Shown here: piece after piece, positions 7,459-14,275 of the stretch
Numbering within the stretch: the first letter of the stretch is position 1
Layout of the letters: each line of letters opens with the position of its first letter
From: Candidatus Zixiibacteriota bacterium
GTDB taxonomy: Bacteria; Zixibacteria; MSB-5A5; GN15; FEB-12
Reading direction: 5' to 3'
Assembly: GCA_041742355.1 (NCBI GenBank)
Contig: JBGSIV010000168.1
Location: 1-14,275 of the forward strand
Length of the DNA stretch: 14,275 nt
The notes under the pieces: model-generated
The model's input: only the letters and a program-made list of their open reading frames with translations
What the model was told of the DNA's origin: nothing
The model's database searches: none
Translations under genes and position numbers: made by a program

Positions 7459-7612
7459 GACTGCCTGTTTGATTGACCGAAGCTGGGGAGGATGTGCCCC
7501 GCCTGCCCGTAGGCCAATTTCCGGGCCCGCCGAGACACCGTTGCCCGTGCAAGCTTCGAGAAGTGACAACGAGAGAGACATTTTAGATAGTTTACAAAAC
7601 ACGGAGATCAGG

Positions 7613-9124
7613 ATGGGAATTGCCAGATTCTCTGCCATTGTGTTGACCGTTCTGGTTTTGTTGGCCTCCGGGATTTACGCGAGCGGTTTCGAGAATTCGG
7701 GCATCGGCATGAAGGCGCGCGGCATGAGCGGCGCGTACCGTGCTATTGCCGATGATTGGAGCGCTGCGTACTACAACCCGGCCGGTTACGCCTGGATCTG
7801 GGACAACCAGCTCGGCTCCGCCTGGGCTTTTGTGCATCATCGCGACGAAATCGTCCCCGATGCCAGGTGGGGTGGAGTCTACGAGCGCGGGTTCTTCAAT
7901 GACCGCATCAACTATAACCACCACCAGATTCTCACTAATCCGTCCGGCGGCATTCTGCTGCGTCTGCCGGTAGCCGGCGAAACGGTGTTCGGTCTGAGCG
8001 CGTACCAGCGCTTCGACCAGAACATCACCTGGAAGCTGTTCCAGCCGGTCCGGTCTTACAGCGACAGCGTCAGCCTCCCGGGCGACCAGTTCAGCAGCAA
8101 CCTCGACGTGGTGTCGTTTCAGGTGACCGCTGCCCGCGAGCTGGTTCCCGAGAAGATGTCGATCGGTATCGGCCTGCAGCTGATGCGCGCGGATCTCGTG
8201 TACAGCAACATCTTCTTCCGCGAGAACCCGATCACCAATACGCCGGATGAACCGATTTGGGATATCATGCAGGACTTCCCCTACGACCGCATTCCGCAGT
8301 GGAATAAGAATGTCGGGCGCGGCTGGGGGTTCGGTTTGAACGCCGGTATCGTCACCAAGGTGAACGAGAAGCTTCGGGCCGGGTTCAGCTTCAACTATCC
8401 CTTCCCGATCACAGTCAGTGGTACGGCCCAGAGCGAGTTCTACCTTCCGGACAACTACACCCAGTGGCACGAGTCCGACTCCGCACAGGTCAACAACCCC
8501 GGGACGGTCGGTCAGCTTTTCCTTTCCGGTGCTGTCGTCCGTCCGCAGTATGATTTCGAAGTTGACCTCGACCTGCCGCCCTCGTTCGGCCTCGGGCTGT
8601 CGTATCAGGCGACCGAACGTCTGACGGTGGCGCTCGACGCCGAGTATACGCTCTGGTCGCAGTATGAAGGTCTCTCCTTCACGTATACCAACGCAACCAA
8701 CCTCTTCGGTCCGGCCGACACATCCGAGCTCGTGCGCAACTTCTTCACTGAAGACGTCAGCGCTCCGGCCGATTGGGCTAATGCCGCGAAGATCATGGTC
8801 GGTCTGGCCTACGAATTCCCGAAGTTCCTCACTCCCGACCTCGGCCTGACCGTCGTCGGCGGTGCTTCGGCGGACCAGTCCCCCACGCGCGACTCCAAAG
8901 AGCTGACGCCCCAGTTTATTGACACGCGCAACAAGCTCGGCTTCAGCCTCGGCGGTATCGTCCACATCCAGCAGTGGGATCTCGGCCTGGTCACCTCTTA
9001 CACTCGCGCCCAGTCCGGCGAAGCGAATGTTCTTAAGATGGACGGGGAGTCGTTTGCCAGCCTCGCCGGTGACTACCGGGCGGAGACCTATGAAACTATC
9101 CTCTCCTTTAACTATCGGTTTTAG
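7613..9124 (+). CDS. OMPP1/FadL/TodX-family outer-membrane transporter for hydrophobic substrates
   Basis: Signal peptide (IYA-SGF), N-terminal hatch motif GMKARGMSGAYRAIADDWSAAYYNPAG, LDLPPSFGLGLSY, LDAEYTLWS, C-terminal FNYRF beta-signal. ATG 7613 has GGAG upstream; the track's 7394 start overlaps the promoter. Confidence 0.9.
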   Translation: MGIARFSAIVLTVLVLLASGIYASGFENSGIGMKARGMSGAYRAIADDWSAAYYNPAGYAWIWDNQLGSAWAFVHHRDEIVPDARWGGVYERGFFNDRINYNHHQILTNPSGGILLRLPVAGETVFGLSAYQRFDQNITWKLFQPVRSYSDSVSLPGDQFSSNLDVVSFQVTAARELVPEKMSIGIGLQLMRADLVYSNIFFRENPITNTPDEPIWDIMQDFPYDRIPQWNKNVGRGWGFGLNAGIVTKVNEKLRAGFSFNYPFPITVSGTAQSEFYLPDNYTQWHESDSAQVNNPGTVGQLFLSGAVVRPQYDFEVDLDLPPSFGLGLSYQATERLTVALDAEYTLWSQYEGLSFTYTNATNLFGPADTSELVRNFFTEDVSAPADWANAAKIMVGLAYEFPKFLTPDLGLTVVGGASADQSPTRDSKELTPQFIDTRNKLGFSLGGIVHIQQWDLGLVTSYTRAQSGEANVLKMDGESFASLAGDYRAETYETILSFNYRF

Positions 9125-9135
9125 GGAGGCCGGAG

Positions 9136-10437
9136 ATGCGAAGTATGACAAAACTGATCTTGAGCGCTCTGCTGCTGAGCCTTCTCCTGGTGTCGGGGTG
9201 CACCGATCGCGGCAGCAACTCCGCCCCCGAATACAACGGCAACAGCGGTCGTTTGATCCTCAATCACGTCTTCTTCTGGGAGATGGTTGTTCAGATCAAG
9301 AACGAGTCGCAGTTGACCTTCCCGCAAGCCTGGGTGCCGAATGTCGGCGTGTGGGGCGCCCCCCCCAACTACACCCCCGACCGGCAACTTCCGCTGCTGA
9401 TTCTCCTCCCGCCTCAGGGCGGCGACCAGCACTACTACTTCAACCATGGGCTGGCTCAGGTCGCCAACGAACTGCTGACCGAGGGCCTGATTGAGCCGAT
9501 GGTGATCGTCACGCCCGCCAATGAGCAGACCTTTGGCGGCTACTGGTGGGCCGGCAGCGGCGGCGGCGCGGGCAACTACGACACGCTTGTCGGCGGTACT
9601 ATGCTCGATTGGATTTGGGCCAGTGCGCTTGGCACAAATGCCTTCGATACCACGCAGGCGATGACCGGCATCGGCGGAATCGGTGAAGGCGCCTACGGCG
9701 CGTTTCGCGCCGCCATGAAGCACCCCGGGCGCTTCGGATCGATCAGCGCGATCGACGGCCCCCTTGATTTCGACGGTGTTGACGGCGCCAGTGGCCTGAT
9801 CAACCTGTTCGACGACGTTCTCAATGAGCAGGATCTGCTCGGGGACGAGGACTACCTGGTCAAGTTTGACAGCTCCGGCCAGTTCCAGCTTGGCCGTCTC
9901 TTCATCGGCGGCGCCCTCGCGTTTTCGCCGAACGATACGTTGGTGAGCCCGGTCATCACTGCTCTGCCGGCCGGCGGCTTCAGTGTGACTGTACCCGACT
10001 CGGTACGCTTCAGAATTCTGGGCACGGCCGGCCTGGACACCGCGATCATTCAGGTGGACAACGACAATTTCGATTTCCATCTGCCCTTTGACAAGGACGG
10101 CAACCCGATCAACGAGCCCGATGCTCCGATCTGGGATCTGTGGATGCGCAACAGCCTCGACAAGATGTACCATGCCTACCATCGTAGCGGCGAGGACTTC
10201 AACGATGTCGATCTGTGGTTCGCCACCGCGATCCAGAACGACCCGCTCGGCTACAACAAGATGACCCAGGCGTTTATCCAGTTGCTGCGCAGCTACGGCT
10301 ACGAACCGGACGTGAAGTTCTACGACGGTTACCCGGGCAACCCTGCGTACACCGACGAGTACCTGAACCATCTGCTGCGAGAGATGCTCATCTTCCATTC
10401 GAACGCGTTCAAGAGAGCACAGCAGGACGCGGAATAA
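9136..10437 (+). CDS. Lipoprotein with alpha/beta-hydrolase (Fes/putative esterase-like) fold and degenerate catalytic residues
   Basis: Lipobox LVSG-C. PPNY...LPLLILLPP, IEPMVIVTP and GIGGIGEGAYGAFRAAMKHPGRFGSISAIDG (cf. AIAGxSMGGYGA...HPxxF). SD GGAGG 6 nt upstream; 11 nt after the fadL stop. Confidence 0.82.
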   Translation: MRSMTKLILSALLLSLLLVSGCTDRGSNSAPEYNGNSGRLILNHVFFWEMVVQIKNESQLTFPQAWVPNVGVWGAPPNYTPDRQLPLLILLPPQGGDQHYYFNHGLAQVANELLTEGLIEPMVIVTPANEQTFGGYWWAGSGGGAGNYDTLVGGTMLDWIWASALGTNAFDTTQAMTGIGGIGEGAYGAFRAAMKHPGRFGSISAIDGPLDFDGVDGASGLINLFDDVLNEQDLLGDEDYLVKFDSSGQFQLGRLFIGGALAFSPNDTLVSPVITALPAGGFSVTVPDSVRFRILGTAGLDTAIIQVDNDNFDFHLPFDKDGNPINEPDAPIWDLWMRNSLDKMYHAYHRSGEDFNDVDLWFATAIQNDPLGYNKMTQAFIQLLRSYGYEPDVKFYDGYPGNPAYTDEYLNHLLREMLIFHSNAFKRAQQDAE

Positions 10438-10460
10438 CGCCATCTGATTCGATCAACACC

Positions 10461-10494
10461 AGCCCGGAGAGCGTTCTTCTCCGGGCTTTTTTTT
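10461..10494 (+). terminator. Rho-independent terminator after the esterase-like gene
   Basis: AGCCCGGAGA/TCTCCGGGCT stem, 7-nt loop, run of 8 T (10487-10494). Confidence 0.88.
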
Positions 10495-10507
10495 GAGGGA
10501 CACGGCC

Positions 10508-11230
10508 ATGGAAGAGAACCGACCTTACGACCTGCTTTCGGTCGGCGCACATCCCGATGATGTTGAAGTGGGGACCGGCGGCGTGCTGATCGACGCCTCC
10601 AAGCGGGGTTACCGGGCCGCCATCGCCATTCTCACTGAAGGGGAAATGGGCACGGGTGGCACGGCAGAGATCCGCCGCCAGGAGGTCCTGTCCGCCGCCG
10701 CCATTCTCGGCGCCGACGTAATAGCCCGTTTCAACTGGGGGGACACCCGCCTTGAGGACACGCACGAACACCGCTGCGCCCTCGCCGCTGTTATCCGCCA
10801 GACTCGCCCGCGCATCATGCTCGCGCCCTACCCGCATGTCGGTCACGGCCGGCGCCAGTCGCACCCGGACCATGTCGCTTCAGGCATCCTGGCGATCAAC
10901 GCCGCTAATCTCGCCGCCCTGCGGAAAGCCGATATCCCGGGCGAACCGCACCTCGTCACCCGCATTTTCCATTACTTCCTCCCGCCGGGCGTCTTCCCCA
11001 ATTTCGTGGTCGATATCACCCCCCATGTCGACCGCTGGATAGAGGCGCTCTCGGCTCACCGCTCGCAGTTTCTCAATCCCGAGAAATCGCGCGATTACAT
11101 CGAGAGCATCACGGCGTCGGCGCGGTCGATGGGCCTCCTGTCGCGATGCAAATATGGCCAGGCGTTCTATGCTGTCGAGCCGATCCTCGTCACCGACATC
11201 ATGACACTCGCCGAGAGCTGGGAGGGCTGA
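10508..11230 (+). CDS. bshB1: PIG-L family deacetylase, bacillithiol biosynthesis deacetylase BshB1-like
   Basis: DLLSVGAHPDDVEVGTGG, LTEGEMGTGGTAEIRRQE, IRQTRPRIML, HPDH, PNFVVDIT, AHRSQF. ATG 10508 has GAGGGA upstream. Confidence 0.8.
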   Translation: MEENRPYDLLSVGAHPDDVEVGTGGVLIDASKRGYRAAIAILTEGEMGTGGTAEIRRQEVLSAAAILGADVIARFNWGDTRLEDTHEHRCALAAVIRQTRPRIMLAPYPHVGHGRRQSHPDHVASGILAINAANLAALRKADIPGEPHLVTRIFHYFLPPGVFPNFVVDITPHVDRWIEALSAHRSQFLNPEKSRDYIESITASARSMGLLSRCKYGQAFYAVEPILVTDIMTLAESWEG

Positions 11231-11265
11231 ACTGTCCGCTATTCTACTGTTTAGACTGACAGAAT

Positions 11266-11303
11266 ACAAAAGAGGCGATACCGTCCGGTACCGCCTCTTC
11301 TCT
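11266..11303. terminator. Terminator between convergent bshB1 and tlpA (best on the minus strand, possibly bidirectional)
   Basis: AAGAGGCGaTACC-gtcc-GGTAcCGCCTCTT. The single mismatch is a G-U pair on the minus strand, which ends TTTTGTATTCT. Confidence 0.78.
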
Positions 11304-11309
11304 ATTAAT

Positions 11310-11324
11310 AGTGGAAATCTTGTG
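11310..11324 (-). promoter_or_regulatory. 3'-UTR box complementary to the translation-initiation region (12873-12889) of tlpA
   Basis: Plus strand AGtGGAaAT--CTTGTG vs minus-strand initiation region AGAGGAGATgcCTTGTG: 14 pairs including one G-U, one mismatch and a 2-nt bulge. Confidence 0.45.
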
Positions 11325-11351
11325 GTCAGCGTCTGTTCTGAATGGCCCCGC

Positions 11352-12875
11352 CTAGATCTGCCCCGACAACGCCTTCTGGATCAGCGGATCGAGGCTCTCG
11401 CCCCGGCAATCGTCATGAAGCCCGATCAGCGCGCCATCCTTGCCGATAAGGAACGGCGACGGAATGGAACTGACGGCGTACGCCAGGGTGAGCGGGCTTT
11501 CCCAGTTCATCTCGTCGTAAACATGCCGCCAGACCATGCCGTTTTCGGTGATCCACTGACGGTAGGCTTCCTGCGAAGTTTCTTTTGGGTAGTCCAGCGA
11601 TATCGAGAGGATCTCGAAGCCCTGCTTGTTGTACTTCTCGTAGGCCGCTTTCAGGTAGGGCAGTTCCACCCGGCAGGGGCCGCACCAGGTCGCCCAGAAA
11701 TCGACCAGCACCACTTTCCCTTTGTAGGAAGCCAGCGAAACCTGCTTGCCGTCGATATCGGTCGTGTTGATAGCGATCGGCCAGTTGGCTTTCACCATGT
11801 CGGGAGCCATGAGGATACCTGCCGCACCCATGGCACCCTTATCCGTGCTGTACTTTATCGCGAATTCGCGTACCTGCGGATAGAAGTCGGCCCGGTTGTC
11901 GCCGGCCGCCGCCAGTTTCGATCCCAGCAGCCACGCTTCGGCGCTGCCGTATTTCTTCGAGACCGGGTCCATCTGACCGAAGTACTTCTCCGCCTTGGTG
12001 TATGCGAGTTGCCCCTCCGGCGTGCCGGTTTTCGCCGGGCCGTAGTGCATCAGGGCAGCTACGACGCCGCGGAAGAGCGCTTCAGAGGCGTTGTCGGCGC
12101 TCGGCTGCTTGGCCAGATAGGCGTCGACTTCACTCATAATTGTCGCGCACAGCGGCCCCCAACTTTCCTTGTACGGCGACTGGAGCCGGCTCATGGTCAG
12201 GATGCGTTCGAGATCGTAATCAAACGTCTCCGGCTGCAGCGATTCCATCGCGGCAAGGCGCTTGGCCTCCAGGTCCATCTGGGCCGCCGATACCTGCCAC
12301 TGGTGCCGCACCCGGTTGTTGGCGCGGAGAATCCCCTGCTGTTCTTCCAGCCAGGCGATCAGGGCCACCGTGTCGGTGAACTGCTGCGGGGGAGCGTCGT
12401 AGCGGGGAAGACCGATAGCCAGCAGCTTCTGCTTCGCGGCGTCCGTTGCGCGGGCTTTGTCGACGAGAGAGGTAAACCGGGCGTCGCCGCGAAGCGGCTC
12501 GAGGTCGGTATCCTGCTCCATGTGGCCGGCGTCGGTCCAGCCGTTGGCTACAGCTGTATCGAGGCAGGCGAACGCGGCATCGACATCTCCTGCCTTGCTG
12601 TAGGCGCAAGCGAGGTTGTAGTGCCCCCACCGCCCGGCCGGGATCAGCGCCGCCTGCTTGGTGAACGCCGCGATAGCCTCATCGAACTTCGCCTCCTGCA
12701 TGGCGGCGTAGCCCTCGTTGTTCAACGCTCCGTACTGCTCCAGCACGGCCGGATCGTAGTTCGGCGGCAACTCAAGGCCGCTGGCGGCCTGCTCGGCCTT
12801 GGAACAACCGAGGGCCGACAGCGTCAATACCGTACCCACCGCCGCAATCGCTAGAATTGACACGAATTTCCGCAC
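11352..12875 (-). CDS. Lipoprotein with N-terminal TPR-like region and C-terminal TlpA/ResA-family thiol-disulfide oxidoreductase domain
   Basis: GTG 12875 with AGAGGAG 7 nt upstream; lipobox ALG-C. TPR-type YNLACAYSKAGDVDAAFACL...DTDLEPLRGDARF. Redoxin motifs YKGKVVLVDFWATWCGPC, GFEILSISLD, VSSIP. Confidence 0.9.
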   Translation of the reverse strand: MRKFVSILAIAAVGTVLTLSALGCSKAEQAASGLELPPNYDPAVLEQYGALNNEGYAAMQEAKFDEAIAAFTKQAALIPAGRWGHYNLACAYSKAGDVDAAFACLDTAVANGWTDAGHMEQDTDLEPLRGDARFTSLVDKARATDAAKQKLLAIGLPRYDAPPQQFTDTVALIAWLEEQQGILRANNRVRHQWQVSAAQMDLEAKRLAAMESLQPETFDYDLERILTMSRLQSPYKESWGPLCATIMSEVDAYLAKQPSADNASEALFRGVVAALMHYGPAKTGTPEGQLAYTKAEKYFGQMDPVSKKYGSAEAWLLGSKLAAAGDNRADFYPQVREFAIKYSTDKGAMGAAGILMAPDMVKANWPIAINTTDIDGKQVSLASYKGKVVLVDFWATWCGPCRVELPYLKAAYEKYNKQGFEILSISLDYPKETSQEAYRQWITENGMVWRHVYDEMNWESPLTLAYAVSSIPSPFLIGKDGALIGLHDDCRGESLDPLIQKALSGQI

Positions 12876-12916
12876 AAGGCATCTCCTCTTAGGCAATTGA
12901 TCCGTGATTTTCGCTC

Positions 12917-12945
12917 AAGATATGTGTTCAGTGAAAGTTATGCAA
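12917..12945 (-). promoter_or_regulatory. Sigma-70-type promoter of tlpA
   Basis: Minus strand TTGCAT-N17-TATCTT in an AT-rich intergenic patch about 40 nt upstream of the GTG. Confidence 0.6.
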
Positions 12946-12999
12946 CAAGGCATCTGACCCGGATGAGGCATGCGATGGTCGTCTCTCGGGCGGTTGACG

Positions 13000-13043
13000 A
13001 AAAGAGAAAACCGCCGGCGGGCACAAACGGCGACGCCGGCGGT
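13000..13043 (-). terminator. Rho-independent terminator of the M3 peptidase gene
   Basis: ACCGCCGGCG/CGCCGGCGGT stem (13010-13019, 13034-13043), followed on the minus strand by TTTCTCTTTT. Confidence 0.75.
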
Positions 13044-13072
13044 CTGAGTTCGGAATTGGGAATTACGCGCCG

Positions 13073-14275
13073 CTAGGCCTGCTGTTTGGCCAGCGCCACG
13101 TAGGTGTCAATGTCCGCCAGCGAGCGGTCAACCGCATCCTTCCAAAACGCCTCTTTGGTCAGGTCGACCCCGAGGTGCCGCGCGGCCACGTCCTCGCAGG
13201 TCATGCTGCCGGTGTCGGCCAGCAGCGCCTTGTAGTTCTTCGCGAACGCTTTGCCCTCCTTGCGGGCCCGATCGTAGACGCCCCCGGCGAAGAGGAAACC
13301 GAACACGTACGGGAAGTTGTAGAACGGCGTGGAGGTGATGTAGAAGTGCAGTTTCGACGCCCAGAAGAGGGGGTGGTACCCGGAATCATCGAGCATTCCG
13401 GCGAATGCCTCGCGCTGTGCGGCGAGCATCATCTCTTTCAGTCGCTCGGCCGGCACAATCCCGTTCTTGCGCTCGGCGTAGAACGCCCGGTCGAAAATGT
13501 AGCGGCTGTGCAGGTCGGTGAACATGACATACGCCGCCTGGATCTTCTGGTCCAGCAGCGTGAGCTTCTCCTGCGGGTCAGTCGCTTCTTTGAGGGCGGC
13601 GTCGGCGACGAGCGTTTCGGAGAAGATCGACGCCGTCTCGGCCAGCGGCATCGGGTACTGCTGGGCGAAGTACGGCTTCTCGGCGATTGCCTGCTGGTGA
13701 TAGGCGTGGCCCAGTTCGTGCGCGAGGGTCATGAGGTTTTCAAACGCCCCGCCGTAGGTCATGAAGACGCGCGACTGCTTGATCGGCCCGAGCCCGGTGC
13801 AGAATGCTCCGCCCGCTTTGCCCGAACGGTCCTCAGCCTCAACCCAACGGCGCTCGAGCGCCATGCGATAGAATGACGCCATGTCGTCCGAGAACGACCC
13901 GACATTGCGGATGATGAACTCGCCCGCTTCGTCGAACGGGATAAGCGTCTCCGAGTGGCCGCACGGCGAGAACTCGTCGTACCAGGCCCATTTGTCGATC
14001 CCGAGCAGCTTCTTCTTGGCGCTGATATAGTCGTGCAGCCGCTTCTTCTCGCGCGAGATCACGCTCCACATCGTGTCGAGCGTCGCTTCCTGCAGGCGGG
14101 CGTTGGTCAGCGGTTCGTACATGACGTCCCACTCGCGGTTCTTGTAGAGTGACAGGCGGAAACCAGCCTGGGCGTTGAGCGCCATCGCGGCCAGGTCCTG
14201 CCGCCGCTCCCAGCCGCGCACCATTGCTTCGAACGCCCGGCGCCGGGCGTCGCGATCCGGGCTGGCCATCTTGGT
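13073..14275 (-). CDS. M3B (PepF-like) oligoendopeptidase, 5' end outside the window
   Basis: RSGKAGGAFC, TLAHELGHAYH (HExxH), LAETASIFSE, HFYITSTPFYNFPYVFG. The frame stays open to the window edge. Confidence 0.95.
   Translation of the reverse strand, partial: TKMASPDRDARRRAFEAMVRGWERRQDLAAMALNAQAGFRLSLYKNREWDVMYEPLTNARLQEATLDTMWSVISREKKRLHDYISAKKKLLGIDKWAWYDEFSPCGHSETLIPFDEAGEFIIRNVGSFSDDMASFYRMALERRWVEAEDRSGKAGGAFCTGLGPIKQSRVFMTYGGAFENLMTLAHELGHAYHQQAIAEKPYFAQQYPMPLAETASIFSETLVADAALKEATDPQEKLTLLDQKIQAAYVMFTDLHSRYIFDRAFYAERKNGIVPAERLKEMMLAAQREAFAGMLDDSGYHPLFWASKLHFYITSTPFYNFPYVFGFLFAGGVYDRARKEGKAFAKNYKALLADTGSMTCEDVAARHLGVDLTKEAFWKDAVDRSLADIDTYVALAKQQA

Noticed and set aside
6993..7552. 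Short ORFs in the divergent intergenic region
   Set aside because: No RBS or motifs, and they overlap identified promoter and enhancer elements.
7394..7612. 73-aa N-terminal extension of the FadL ORF
   Set aside because: It overlaps the sigma-70 promoter; the signal peptide and SD fit ATG 7613.
11231..11245. Possible anti-RBS box for bshB1 (TGTCCgCT vs AGGGACA)
   Set aside because: Only 5-7 pairs, within chance. Counted as a gene without a convincing box.
1..14275. CRISPR arrays, tRNA/rRNA, transposases, known riboswitches
   Set aside because: No spaced direct repeats, cloverleafs, transposase motifs or recognisable aptamer consensus found by eye.

Overview
GC-rich (roughly 60-65% by eye) genomic DNA from a diderm bacterium; an FCB-group lineage such as Zixibacteria is only a guess. 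Left half (minus strand) is a surface-polysaccharide locus: a large Poly_export/SLBB export protein (4654-6987), then a degenerate HisC-like PLP-fold protein, a WcaJ/WbaP-type priming sugar transferase, and a Wzi-like outer-membrane protein that runs off the left edge and is missing from the ORF track. Both units have sigma-54 promoters with the same 22-bp-spaced upstream box pair. Divergently (plus strand) are a FadL/OMPP1-family channel, an esterase-fold lipoprotein lacking the catalytic Ser, and bshB1. At right (minus strand) are a TPR-TlpA lipoprotein and a partial M3 oligoendopeptidase. Top observation: several genes have, between the stop codon and the 3' hairpin, a short box complementary to their OWN ribosome-binding site and start codon (12/12 for the SLBB gene, 13/15 pairs for the PLP-fold gene, 14 pairs with a bulge for tlpA, a weaker match for the fadL operon). 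This suggests a recurrent 3'-to-5' fold-back mRNA control. No rRNA, tRNA, CRISPR or mobile element was seen.
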